Shown here piece by piece: positions 33,201-47,000 of a DNA stretch of 64,000 nucleotides. This DNA comes from Podarcis melisellensis. Taxonomy: Eukaryota. The DNA is taken from NCBI GenBank assembly GCA_964234715.1, contig OZ174275.1; one strand, given 5' to 3'. The position numbers were made by a program, and so were the translations under genes. The first letter of the stretch is position 1, and every line of letters begins with the position of its first letter. The notes under the pieces were generated by a model. It made no database searches and had not been told where the DNA came from. It saw only the letters and a program-made list of their open reading frames with translations.

Positions 33201-35351
33201 AGTGCCACCTGTGCCAGTACGCCTGCGCTGATCCTTCGCGCCTCAAGGTGAGAGCCGTCCATCCTCGGGATGATGGTTAATAATGATTGCCTTGCCTGAT
33301 TTGTCCACTCCCTGCCCAATATGTACCTATCTGTTTTCCCTTTCGGAGGGACTTAACTTTAGCTTCATTTGTTCTGGTTTTAACTTCCTGTTATAAGGTT
33401 TAATTGCCACCAGTGGAGGCAAAACCTACCCAGTAATTGTCTAATACGATGACCTTTCAGTGACAGACCATATGAAACATCTGTTGCGATCTGGGGTTTT
33501 TTTTCAGCCCAGCTAGACTGGCGGCTTCCAGTCTGTGATTCTGATCCCTTCCTCCTCTCTTGAAATCGTACAACTCTGTCTTATGCTTCAGTTAGTCTTG
33601 CCCCTCTCCTGCATGCATTTTAAAAGGTGGAAATGAAAAACAAAAACATAAACAAAACTAAGGAGTGCCTCAGATGCGATGTGTTAAGTCTGGCCTTTGT
33701 TACTGTGACTTTTCAGTGCCTTACTCTCCGTAGTATTCCCTCTCTGTCCTCATGCAAGAGGACTATCATCCAGGTTGCCTGCTAGGACCACTGATCCACT
33801 GGGTGAATTATTTTTTTCTTTATTCAGTTTATCTCCTGCCCTTCCTCCCAAAGGAGCCCAGGGTACCTGTTGATACATTTGCTTCACTGTTTAGTCTTCC
33901 TTGTTTCCTGGGTTCATAATAATGTTCCAGTCAAGTAACTGGATTAAACCACTTGTGAGGTTGGTATCCCACATGTGTGACCCCCCCCCCCGGTTTGTCT
34001 CCCTCTCTCTGCCCAGTATCACATGCGCATACACAAGGAGGAGAGGAAGTACCTTTGCCCAGAATGCGGCTACAAGTGCAAGTGGGTGAATCAACTGAAG
34101 TACCACATGACAAAGCATACAGGCAAGTGCTTCACTGGAATATGGAGGTCTGGGAACTCAGGAGCTAGAAAGGGCAGCCTCTGTTCCTCTTGGGGGGATA
34201 AAGCCTTGCAGGGCCATGTGTTTTGTTCACATGATGTGAAGAGCAGAACCTCTTGTAGCCTTCCAAAAGCTGTATGCAGAGGCAAACAGTTGGCATGGTC
34301 CAGATTTGATAGAGATTTCTTTCATCACAATTGGACTTATGAGAGTAGGCATGGTGATCTGTAGATTCTTGAAGAAATGTGGCAACAGTCTGTTCTGTGA
34401 AGAACTAGACAGAATATTGTCCCATGTGAGATGGTGCTGGTCCACCAGTGCATCTGTTTTGGGTGGGGATATCAGAGTAAAGAACTGACTGTAGCTTTTG
34501 GAAGTGTTGGTACGCATCAATTTTTGAAATATGTATCTCACCGCAGGCATGCCTTACATGCTAACAACCGCTTATTTCCATTTGAGAGCATTTCTGCCTG
34601 GTAGCATTTGGGTTGCTGAAAGAGTTTTCATTAGAATTTGGGGTATTTTTGTAGCCATAGTTCAAGGCCAACATATGAGGCTGCAGTACTGGGTGGAGAT
34701 TTGGGGACACTCCTTTTGCCAGGGCATGCACCTTCCTGCAGAACATGGATGAGCGGCAATGTTGAGCAGTGTTGAGGTGGAAGACACATGGGCTGTGGCT
34801 TGGTTTTGATGGTCTGGCATCTCCCACCTGCTTCCAGTGTGTTGCTCTGTGCTTTCTACACAGGGATCAAGCCATATCGGTGTGACGAGTGCGAGTACTG
34901 CACCAACCGTGCCGATGCCCTGCGCATCCACAAGGAGACGCGCCACCGCGAGGCCCGCTCTTTCATCTGCGAGCAGTGCGGGAAGGCCTTTAAGACTCGC
35001 TTCCTCCTCAAGACGCACCTGAAGAAGCACAGCGAGGAAAAGCCATACGTCTGCAACGTCTGCTACCGGGGTTTCCGGTGGGCAGCCGGCTTGCGGCATC
35101 ACTATCTGACGCACACCAACGAGCACCCTTTCTTCTGCCGCTACTGCAGCTACAAAGCCAAGCAGAAGTTCCAAGTGATCAAGCATCTGCAGAGGCACCA
35201 CCCTGAGCAGGGCGGGACGGAGGGGGATCTCAGCAAAGGGGTGGGCAAGGACCCTAGTACACTTCCTGTCCACCTACATGATGCTCAGCTGGAGATTCCC
35301 CCCTCCAAGCACCCAGAGGTGATTGAGGCCCAGGTGTCACCGCATGGCTAA
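24255..35351 (+). CDS. ZNF142: C2H2 zinc finger protein 142, ~2012 aa. Exons 24255-24516, 25981-26694, 27253-27498, 28036-28848, 29715-29892, 30016-33247, 34017-34122, 34864-35351
   Basis: N-terminal LCQELLLP...EIFVEAV, EVLVKVVELYFCERC, THMCPECKRCFKKRTHLVEHLHLHFPDP, ETLVLEGRVQMLVVQ and many C2H2 fingers match ZNF142. Exon phases are consistent (total 6039 nt). Two donors are GC (28849, 34123). Position head-to-head with BCS1L agrees with human synteny. Confidence 0.95.
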
Positions 35352-37639
35352 GTCAAAACTGGGGGGAAATGGACTTTGCACATTGAGACGACACTTTGCT
35401 GTGGTTTCCATGAACTGGAAGTGGGTGGAAGCCCTCAGCCTGGAAGCACAAGATGTGCCCATCCAAGCTGTTTCAAGCCCGCTAGGGCAAACACTGGCCT
35501 CTCTAGGTCAGGCGTACGCCATTGTGTATGTTTTATAGTCATATCTGTACATGGGATGTAAAATATGTGACTGTATAAAAGGGATCTCCAGCTTTCTTTG
35601 CAATTTTCATGGTGTTGAATTCTTTGCTTTGCCCAATAGGGCAGTCAAGGTGAAGGGTGAGTGCTGGGAGAATCAATACTTTATAGAAGTTGGGAGGGAG
35701 GATGGAGCCTGGCTTCTGAAGAAGGGTCTTGGTATGAGAATAGTTACTCATAAGGTCCCATGTTTTCTAATAAGTCTGCACTATTGGGAAATGGTCTTCC
35801 CTGCTGAAAGTTGCATCCAAGGACCTCAGGACAGAGCTTTGTGATGCACAAAGTACATTTTTGTGCTACCAGCCTTCTGCCTGATGCATTTAAAAATGAA
35901 GTTACTCCTTTCCTATCCACCTGGACTTAACCATCCAGGAGTCCTTTACCTTTACCATTTTTTACCCCAGACATTTGTGTTACTGTGGAATGATGTTCAT
36001 TTTAATCAGACAGTGCTAATTTGCAAGAGCTGCTTTCTGCTTGCAGGAATTTCAAAATTAGCATGGAAGGTCTTGTACATACTTATTGCCGGTGGCTTTA
36101 GTGGGAGAGGCTTGGCATTTTCTTCATTTCCTCTAGGAAGTGCAGGGACACATGTCAATCTTACTTGGAAGTAATCAGTTTGTTCCAGCTTGCAAATGAT
36201 GAGAGCATTTGATAAAGCCTCTTTATGACGGGCCAGGAGCACTTAGCAGGTTGCTGTCTTGGAAACCCTTGTGACAAAGTGAGTTTATAGCTGCACTTAA
36301 TTGATTTTTGACATCGTAGTACTGTGCCGCAAGCCTTTCTGGGCAGCTTTACTACACTAAGCCTTGCCTTTCAGGTTCACGTACTTTCCACCCCTTCAGT
36401 GTTTCCTATGAGGATTGTTCATGACGTGTGCGTTCGCTTTTACTGAAAGGCAAGTTAGGTGCTGATGCTGCATAACACTGAGAGTTGTAAAAATTTTGAG
36501 CAATAAGGTCATGGCATACTTGTCCAGTTTTTAAATTTCATGTGTGTTTACTAACTCTAGTGTCCACTGCGATATGCACAGATCAGACACTCGCCCATCC
36601 TTTATTTCCCCATAAATGATGTGTTTGAGACCAGAAATATTCATTCTGGGCAACAGAACTGGCACCAGAACCTGGAGTCATCCTTTGCCTCCTAGTTTGA
36701 GCTGCTACTCCAAGAGCTGTGTTTTGAGTGTGAGTGTGTGATGCACAAAAAGAGAGGCTCCCTCTTGTCCCTGTATATGCATAGGGTTGCTGTGAATGAA
36801 AGATGTCCTCTTCTTTGGAAACTCAGCTAAGCTCAGTATTCCTCTTTTTATGGTAAACTTCAGGGGTTTTTGTTTCCTCTTTTTCTGTAGCCCACAACAT
36901 TTACGAAAGGCTTTGCAGCTTTGATTATGTCATGGAATGGGTGTCTTCTAACAGAAAATTGAGTAGGTACTGCCATTTCTTAAGAATTGCAAATTTAAGG
37001 TTGATTTCTACTGCTGTGGTAGTCTTAAACATTGCTTTTTTGTTCCTATATGCTCATGGGAAATGGGATGCTGGACAACATAGGACTTTTTTGCTTCTTT
37101 TCTATAGCTCTTCATTTCCCCTATGTTTTAATCTTTATTCCCAACCTTCAATTAGCCAAAATCTAAATTGTGCAATGAAACGAAGCCATGAAAATGTGCA
37201 TAAATTACCCCATGGCAGAATTGTATGTCTCCTCAGCTCCCCACTTTGCAGTGTTTGAAACTCCCAGCATTCTAGGCACATTTTGCAACAGGGAATTTCA
37301 GACCATTTTTAACTTGTCTTTTTATTATTTTGATAAAACCAATTTGCATATGTAGGGTCTCAGCCCTTTACAAAGGAGGCAGTATTTGGGAAGTAAATGA
37401 CATTCCATGCATTGCTATAGATATTTTTAGACATATATTGCATCTGTAAACATACCTGAGTTAAACAAAGATGTACAAGTAGGAGGGTTGTGGCTAGGGA
37501 ACAAGACAAGCTGACTGGATGCATAGGCATGCTGTAAACAGGCAAGCTAGCTTGCAGGTAACTGTGTCACATCCATCACAGCCAAAGTGCTGTTTCCACA
37601 TGAATTAGGTTTCTGTTCTGTGAGACTCTAGCCCAAGGG

Positions 37640-37920
37640 CAGCCAACATGGCACTTTCCAGATATAGTTGAACAACATCTTCCATCATCATCATCAGATA
37701 GCATATTCAGTGACTAGGTATGCTAGGAGTTGGGAGTCCAGCATTGAGGGCATCATGCTGACTATCCCTGGCAAAGTCCAACTGGCCTCCAGTGGGGTGC
37801 AGACAGGGTGTACTTCAAATGATGAGGGACTACAACTCCCATCTTCCCTGGTCAACCTGGCTAATGGTAAAGGATAATGGGAGTTGTAGTTCAGCAGCCA
37901 CCACATTGGCTGCCTCACTG
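37640..37920. mobile_element. Two adjacent degenerate hAT-type MITEs of the ACTACAACTCCCA family
   Basis: gactacaactcccatc...tgggagttgtagttc inverted arms at ~37829-37892, and a more decayed copy at ~37640-37770. Ends approximate. Confidence 0.55.
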
Positions 37921-38249
37921 CTCTAGCCCATTTAGACTTAAGATGGAGGCAGCTTTTATAGTATCAAATTCCTCTTCTCTTGGCTACCTTAGAGTTGCGG
38001 TGAGTTATCCTGTCTTTTGATTTTTCAGCCAGCAGGCCTCTGTAGTTCTATCTGCTATTTCTGCTTCCCAGCAAAAATCATTCCACACAAAAGGGTTGCC
38101 TCTCAGAGGCAGAAGCCTTTGGCTGCTATGTGGAAGTTGTACATGCACTATTTTGTGTGACTGGATAATTTAACAACTGAAATTGCTAGAGCACAAAAGC
38201 ACTGGAGTATACCTACTGCGAGACCAGACTAAATGGTAAGGAGCTGAGC

Positions 38250-39200
38250 CATGGTTATAGGGGCAAGCAACCTTGTTGTTTTGCCTTGGTAATGGACTGG
38301 ATGAGAGCAAACAAACTGAAGCTTAATCCACCTAAGACTGAAGCACTGTTAGTGGGTGATTCCCTAGACCGGATGGATGGGAGGTTCTTGATGGGGTTAC
38401 ACTCCCTCTGAAGGAGCAGATACATAGCTTGGGGGTACTTCAGGGTCCTTTGCTGTCGCTTGAGGCTCAGGTGGCCTGAGCAACCCAGAATGCCTTCCAT
38501 CAGCTTTGGCTGATGGCCCTACCCCTGTGCCCCTATCTGGGCAGGGATAGCCTAACTTCTGTCATCTATGCTCTGATAACCTATAGGTTAGTTTATTGCA
38601 ACGCATTATATGTAGGGCTGCCTCTGAAGATGGTTCGGAAACTTTAGCTGGTGCAGAATTTGGCAGCCAGGTTGCCCACTGGGCCGAAACAGGTTGAGCA
38701 TATTACATCAATCCTGGCTTGACTGCACTGGCTGCCAATTAGTTTCCAGGCCCAATTCTAAGTGCTGGTTTTGACCTATAAAGCCCTAAACAGCTGAAGA
38801 CTGCAATACCTCAAGAACTGCCCCTCCCCACATGAACCTACCCAAACAATGTGATCATAATCTGAGGCCTTCCTTTGTGTGCCTCCACAAGAGGTCAATG
38901 GGGTGTCAACATAAGAACAGGCGTTTTCTGTGGTGGCTCCCTGTTTGTGAAATGCTCTCCCCAGGGAAGGCCACCTGGAACCTAGGTGCCAGGTGAAAAC
39001 ATTTCTCTTCAACCAGGCATTCAAGTGATTAACATTCTGTAGCCTTTTAAATGTATTTGTGGGAGGGGAATTAATGGTTTGCTTTTGTTTACGTTTTATT
39101 ATGCAGTTTGTATTCTCATTTTGTATTTTTCTATTGTGAACTGCCCTGGGATTTTTGGATGAAGGGCGGGATACGAAACTAATTAATAATAACAGTAATA
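38250..39200 (+). mobile_element. L2/CR1-clade LINE, 5'-truncated and decayed
   Basis: tggatgagagcaaacaaactgaagcttaatccacctaagactgaa translates WMRANKLKLNPPKTE, a typical L2-clade RT C-terminal motif. HITSILAxLHWLP lies downstream. 3' tail gaagggcgggata...aataataa. Confidence 0.8.
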
Positions 39201-41008
39201 AGAATTGTGCCACTGGGTACATTTTTTGAGGAAGTGTTGCGGGTACCAGTCACAAAATGGCTGCTGTAGGAATGTGGCATAACAGAAAATGACTACCACA
39301 TGACTAAGAGAACAGACAAGGAGGACCACAAATGGTACAGATAGCCCAGCCCCCCCCCAATCATTAGGGGGAGGAGGACACCAAAAGCATGTACAATCCT
39401 GGTATCTAATGAAATAGGGTTGAACAAGAAGCTCAAACAGTCTCTTGCACATTATGGATTTTTGAGATGTTTGCTGAGACCTTTTTTTGAGCACCATAGG
39501 AACTAGTTGATGCACTGTCACCTGTGGGTTCTGTGTTGGTGACCATTGTTCTCATCACATTTTTGTGGAGCTAGCATCTTAATTGCATCAGAAAAAAGGT
39601 GTTATGTTTATGGAGGATTTGAGAATACCAAGGCATTCCTGCTGTGGAAGAATTCTTACTGAGGAGTCAGTTGTATGAATATTGTTAGTGCTGATGCAGA
39701 AAAAGACAAGCTCGTCTATAAGAATCTTATCACTTCCTACTTGGAGTTGATTTAGAGGATGATTTGAGTCTAGCCAACATCTTTCTATATAAAGGCAGAA
39801 TTAGACTGTCAGAGCTCCTTGGCCAACACATACTTGACAGGAAGCCAATGGTTATTGAGCTGAGAAAAGGAGTTGTTGGCATTCCTTCTATCTTTATGGC
39901 AGTCTTCAAGGAATCAGTGGGATAAGTCCTTTCTACTCTTTCCCTGAGGGCTGATAATCATAGGCACACACTGTACATCATTTGATGGCTTCTACCTAGC
40001 TGTGCAAACTGCCTCCATTGGAAAGTATTGTCAGCGGCTCTGTGGAAGGCTTTCCATGTGCGATGTCAGTTTCCCAGATGCATGTTGTCAAATGTTTGCT
40101 AAGCGATGCAACATCCATATATACAAGCACCCTATTAGCTGCTAACTGGGTGGTGGTAACGGGAGGGCTACAGCTAGGAGATGAGGAAGGGAAAATCTTG
40201 CAGTATCTCAGTACCATTCAGATTGGGCAAGGGGAATAAATAGAGCAGGGCTTCCCCTTTCTCATTCAGTCTGCAAGGAAAAAGAGCAGGTGGTCCAACA
40301 GCTTAGCTTCTTCCTGTCTCTTTTGCTCAGTTAGAAAGAGATGCTGCCACAAGAGTCAACACCGGAATCCTTTCTCGCTTCTCTCGGTTATTGCCAAATC
40401 TTGTCAGGAGCATCCAGGAAAAGCTTGATCAGCCACCTTCTGATGCTACTTTAAAGGTGGCTAGCAGACTGGACCTACTTCTGGGCCCAGATCAGGAGAG
40501 TTGCCCTTGAAGACAGGTGGAAAAACAAAGCCCTTTGGAAAGACTTGATGGTTGGCTGACGTTATTGAAAGAAATTCACTCTTCCTTTTGAATATCGTTA
40601 AGTCTGCTTTGGGGTAGGTCCCATTCGCGGCTGCAGTAGCCTATCCTACCCTTTTTGCACAACGGAGGTAGATTTTAAAACTGAACCATACAACTGGACA
40701 GATATAGTTGGAGGGTTTGGGAACTGTGCAAATCACAATAGTTTAAATTCTTTCTTTAAAAAAATAGCAGCAAAATGATACAAAACTGTTGGGTTGGGTT
40801 TTTGTTTTGAAAAAATAATAATAATATATATATATAGTAGTGCAAAGTAACTTTTCAGTCCAGTGCTGTGTAGGAACAAGAGAGGCAGGCAGATGGAGTG
40901 GGGTATGGCATCCATTCTTAAGACAACTCTTGTCCCCTCCCCTCCCCCCACATTCTCCAACCTAAATGGGGCAGAGAGGGAAGAGCTGTATTTGGAGACA
41001 CAGTTGCT

Positions 41009-44000
41009 TTAGTCACTCTCTGTTGACAACTCCCTGATTCGGATATGGACAAATAGGGAGGCTGGTGGGATCCCCGTCCCATCCTTGGAAAGAAGGTGGA
41101 TGTGGCGGTATCCTGCATGGGAGACAAAAAAATAAAGAGCCACGCACAGTGTTTGAAGCTGCCTTGTGTTGAGTTAGGCCAAGGGTAACCAACCATGTTC
41201 TTGGGCTCCAGCTGCCATTAGCCCCAGCCAGCATGGCCAATGGCCAGGGATTGTGGGAACTGTACTTCAACAACACCTGTAGAGTCCCATGCTTGCTATC
41301 CCTGAGTTAAACTACTGGTCCATCCAGCCCAACTCTGCCTACTATAACCAGCAGAGCCCTGGTGGGATCCTAAAAAAACACACAAACCAGCGCTCATCTG
41401 CATGCATAGCCTGTGCTCTCCTGCTGAGCTCTAGATAATGATACAGGCAGGGATATGGGCGTAGCAAAGGGGGGGTCGGGGGGGCAGCCACTGCCCCCCA
41501 ATCCACAAAAAAATATTGAAAAGCATTGAAAGTACTTAGTTGATTGAGGTTCCTGGCTACACCCATGGGCAGAGAGCACATTTGTCTCTAGAGTCAGCTT
41601 TTCCTGGCTGTCTCTCGAATTTCCTCTGAATGGTTACAAATTCTGGGTTTCTCTCATTCTTTGAGTAGATTTGAAGTTTTATATATTCTGCTTGCCCTGC
41701 AGCAGATGCAGTATTCTAGCACCAATACAGGGCACAGTATTTCTCTTCTCCACTAGATGGAGGCAACATGAGCTTCCTCCCTCCCCCTACAAAAAATAAA
41801 AATAAATGTATGTACACAGGATGGGAATGCAAAACTCTGCAGTGTGATCTAGGAGCAGTTACAAGTATGGTAATAAGTAATCCAAATACTAAGAAAGCGA
41901 ATCCATTGATTCTGAGGATGGAATCATACATAGTTGTCCCCCTTCCCGCCATCCTGCAAAGTGAGTTGTACTTCTCATGGGGGAGAGTTAATTTGTGGGT
42001 TGTGATAAACGTCAGGCCTGCTTTAGGATTAAAAGTAAAAAAAAAAAGAATTCAGGGAGCAGCTGTATAGGTTTAAAAGGGCAGCAGCTTTAACTGCATC
42101 TCAATCAAACTGATTGATTGAATCCAGACTTACAATGCACTCCTAATTCCACTTACCTGGGTAAGCCTCACTGAACTCAGTGGGATTTACTTCTGAGAAG
42201 GGCCCTGGTAGTCATTAAGGGCTCCTCCACTTGTCTTGTGCCTGGAAAATGGGTCCAAGCAGCTATTCCTTTGCCCCACTGCTTTCCCCTGGAAAACCTG
42301 CTCTTTACTGCTGAATTGGGACAAATGGCAATTCAACAAAAACCTGATTGCTGTTTGGTTCCATTTAGCAGTAAACCACAGGTTTCTCCAGGGGAAAGTG
42401 GCAGGGCAAACGGAGGTGTGGATGAGCCCGGAGTCTGGATCTCATCCTATGTACTTTTGTGTCGTGCTGTGGTCATAATATCCATGTGCTGATTTACTGA
42501 GTTGTTACAGTCTCTGTTGAAGGGGATAACTTAGTCTGCCTTCCTACACAAATAACTGTCTCTGGCTAACCTTGACTGACCTGCCAGGGATGCATTCGTC
42601 TCCTGATCTTGGTAGCAAACTGGTACAAGATATTCATACCTCACAGGGCTAAGAGGGAGATGCTCACCTGCTTTGACACTAGTAAGAGGTAGAGTATACT
42701 GTCCCACAAAGTCATTCCGAGATGCCTTGTCATAATCCTCCACCACAAAGCGCAGAAGTGCCAGCTCTGGTACCCAAACCTGGAACTGAAAGGCCTCATT
42801 CCATTGTGGGTTAAAACCTATCCAGGGATATTAAAGCGAAAAGAGGGCGTTGCCACATCACGTGATCTGTATGTGTGTCCCAGCCCCTCTCCACCTTCAC
42901 CTCCATAAAATCTCACACATCTTCCCTCTGCATTGCTGCTTCTGAGATTCCTAAACTGCTCTGGTCAGTTTATTGTCTAACCTCAAAAACACCTGCCCTC
43001 TTTGCATCACTTTTCTACCACTCTGAATGGTCCAACTGGGCTTTTAGCGTTTTCAATGTCCCAGGAAAAAAGAGAGAAGATGCCTTTAAGTGGGAAACCA
43101 ATGTCCCCACTGTGGAAGGACATGTGGATCCAGAATTGGTCTCCACAGTCACTTACGGACTCATTGTTAAAACTATGTTTATGGAAGACAATCTTACTCA
43201 GCTACGAGTGGTTGCCAAAGAAGAAGGAAGAAGTTATGCATATACTATTGTGGGACCTTGGTGGAGAATTTACCTTTTTGCAAAGTTCAACTTCCTTTTC
43301 AAAATGACTATGCAAATTTCTAGCCTGCCAGGGTGCAGAGGAAAATATGAAAATGTAATGGAGAATGGACACATGTTAGTCATGAGGTGAAGCTTCACTT
43401 ACGTCAATGGGACAAATCGGCTGCAACTCATTTTATTTGTTTTATTTTAATGTATTTATGGGCTGCTCTTTAGGTAAGACATTTCATATTGGCTAAAATA
43501 ATAAATACAATACATAAGAACATCAGCACATACAAATCCACTGTTTTCAAAGAGGCTTAGTCATACAACTAACATTTGCTGGATTGTGCCCAGTGTGGTA
43601 GGCCACAGACATGGAAACCCAAGGCTTCCAAAGGTGGCTCATATGCCCTACACATGAGTTATTTGCTGCTTTGGGATTCCAAGTCCCCCTAATAAATCCT
43701 TCCCCTGTTATCTGTTTCCACCTCTGCTGCTTCCTTGTACTTCACCACCCCAGGTCTTACCAAAAACAAAAACAAAAATATCACAATTTAAAATCATGTC
43801 TGATATGCCTAGCATTTTAAGGACATTCATTCCTATGGAAGAGTTTGGTTTTTTAAAATGTAGAATCTGAGTTCCCTTGGCACAGATAACACCAGGATAT
43901 TCATTCATTCATCCTTAAGTAATTAAGAATGAGGGGTATTCATGTTGACACATGCATGAGGTCCACGTAAAACCCCATATCAGCAGTTCTTTACAATGAC

Positions 44001-47000
44001 CAAGAGAATTGCCTCACCGTTATCATCAATATATTTGGTTTCCTGCTTGGCACAATCAGCAGGGATCCCATGAATCTCCACTCGCACTAGTGGATCGATG
44101 ATGGAGCCTTCTTTGCTGTTGGGCATCTTGGGGAGTTGCTGCCCACTAATGATCTGGAAGAGAAGATTATGGTGAGCATAGAAAGGCAGTCAAGTCCACA
44201 TGTGCAAACAGCAATGTGTCAGCAGCTGCACCCTGCAACTCACGCAGCTCAAAACAGTGACAAAGGAAGTTGGTCACTATGGCATATAAGCCCAAAGACA
44301 CAAAGGACTTGCAACAACACTCTGCCTGCTTGATACAGTGGTACCTCGGTTTTTGAATGTAATCTGCTCCAGAAGACTGTTCAAGTTCCGAAATGTTCAA
44401 AAACCAAAAACTCAAAACGGAAGCCTCAAAATGGAAAACTCAATTGGGAAAACTCAAAACGGAAGCTGTGTGGCATGTTCGACTTCCAAAAAGTGCTCAA
44501 AAACCGAAGCATTTACTTCTGGGTTTACGGCGTTTGAAAACCAAAACGTTCGTCAAGGAGACGTTCGAAAACTGAGGTACCACTTTATCCCAAACTCAGC
44601 TTTCCCAACAGAAGTTGATTTTTGACTCAACCAGGTATGGGGAAACTTTGGCCCTCCAGATATGGCTGACCTACAACTCTCATCAGCCCCAAGAAGCATG
44701 GCCAGTGGCCATGTTAGTTCAGCAACGTGAGAGTCAAATATCCCCCACATCTGCAGTAGGATGGTAGCACTGAGTAGCTATTAAAAGATAGCAGGGTAGA
44801 TAAAGCCTCTCTCTAGGTCGGACAGAAATTTTCCAAGATGGGGGCCACATTCTCTCATGGACATCTGGAAGCTTCTTATTCCAATAAGTTATTCTCTAAA
44901 ATCCCAAAAGCCCTGTTAGGTTAAGGTATGGGCAACAAACTCACACAGTACCTTAATGGCTATGTTCAGGGGGCTACCATTCTCCCTGCTTTGGGGGTTC
45001 TCAGGACTGAAGGCTGTCTCTGGGTCTTTCATGAAGCTCGGCTTTAACACGTAGCCACAGCGGCCATTTTTACTGAAAAGCCCATCGCACAAGTCCATCT
45101 CTGTACCAGCCGTTTGAAAATTCAAGGCCACTGAGAGGAGGAGGAGGAGGAGACAGGAATCTTTCAGACCAGCAGCAATTGGAGGCAAATGAGAGAGCAG
45201 TCTTCTAGCTTCTTCCATGCAAGGCATCTTAGAAATACAAATTAAAGCCCAAACTGCACATTGTGGAGAGAGGGCCATCAACCCACATCTCCCTAATAAT
45301 GGGGATAAAACACATGACATATCATCAGTGGCGTAGCGTGGGTTGTCAGCACCCGGGGCAAGGCAAGTAATTTGTGCCCCCTAACCCGTGGATTTGCGCC
45401 CCCTAACCCGTCGATTTGTGCCCCCTAACCCTAACCCCCAGATGTTGCGCCCAGTGCGGCCGGCCCCCCCTGCACCCCCCACGCCACGCCACTGCATATC
45501 ATTGTCTTAGTGTTTCCCTCCCCACACCCACTTTCACTGGCTGCTGCTTATCCCATTTCTGGATCTCTATCTTCCCTCAGTTCCTGCCATTCAAATCTGC
45601 ATTTGCAAGCTTGAAGAAAGCTGAGGAAACCAACATTCAGAAGAGTTGGGGGAAAAACCCTTTCCCCATATAAGAACAGCCATGCTGTAAAGCCCAGTTT
45701 TGACCGCTAAGGCTTGGCAATAGCAGAACAAATAACAACTATTTATATAAAGCACCACTTTGAACACTCTGAAGCACACTGCATATTTATTTTACATCTT
45801 GCCTTTCTGCCATCATAGAAGCCAGGATGGCATACATATGGCTCCTAGACAGTCACCCCCAGACCTGCAGTGTTGTAACCTTATGTGCCTTCAGATGCTG
45901 GGATCAGGTTTACTTACAATATCCAAGGTTGGAACAGCTTGCTACTTCAGCAAAGTTCGCTGAGACACAAATGCAGGAGGGAATTTCCAGGAAAGGATCA
46001 GTGTAGTAGGAGTGGTTAACCCTTCCCTAGATTGCCATCTTGCCAAAAATACTCCCTGGCATATGACAACTTGTCCCCCTCCCAGAAAGCAGGATTCTGA
46101 GACTAGGCAAATGAAGGGGAGGCAGCATTTGTGGGAATAAGTGAATAAATAGAGCCCTGCTGGCTCAAACCAAAAGCCTGTTTAGTCAGCCTCCTGTTTC
46201 CCACAATGGTCAATCAGATGTGCAAGTGTGAGCTCTCTTTCTCTCTGTGTCTCCCTCTCATTCCCCAGTGACTGCTAGTCAGAGGAAAGCTGCTGCTGAT
46301 TCTCAGGTAGCAGTCAGACATTATGACTCATAGCCATCAATAGCCTTATCCCCCAGCAGTTTGTCTAATCTCCCTTTCAAAAGCCATCTAAAGGCCCATC
46401 TGCACTTAAAGCAGTAGTCCTGGCTTCCCACACACACAATCCTGCAGTCTGTTCAAGGTGCCAAGAGATGCTAGGAGAATCTATTCCCCTCACAATCCCC
46501 AAAGTTCCTGGGGAAGAGGGTCTGATGGTTAGACCACTCTGGGAGCTGCAGCTCTGAAAAAACACACACAAGGGTGACTTCCTCACCCACCCACCCCTTC
46601 AATCCTTCTGGGGCTGGCATACCCAGCTGGCACCCCACATTCCACATCGCCTGGGGGTTGTAATTGGAGGAGTCCGTCCGCAGACCGCTGGGGAAGATGC
46701 GTGTCAGCTGCCAGGCATTATGGCGGATGAAGTCATTTCCTGCAGGAGGTAGTTAGCACACCAAAAGTTTAGAAATCTGGTATTTGGGGAACCCCCTCTC
46801 CAGTTATTAGTGCTTGGAGAATGTGATCCTCTGCAACTAAGTGGGGTGTGTGTGTCAGAGAAACAGTTTGCATCCAGTTTACCTAAAATGTAGACAGAGA
46901 ATGTGGAATTTCTAGCTGGTTAGTTGGAATTAGGGTGCGTACCCCACCCTAATGCGTGTGTAGGTCTTCACAAACTGCTTTCTGGGAATTTGATGCAGAA

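Noticed and set aside
32045-33319. 424-aa minus-strand ORF, and similar ORFs at 28011-28868, 29711-30493, 34662-35273 and the alternative-frame ORF 32188-33003
   Set aside because: Shadow ORFs of the GC3-rich ZNF142 zinc-finger exons, with no independent domain or splice evidence.
41013-41112. Apparent frameshift in the last PLCD4 exon suggested by the ORF track
   Set aside because: Reading the spliced frame gives intact [34 protein letters not shown].
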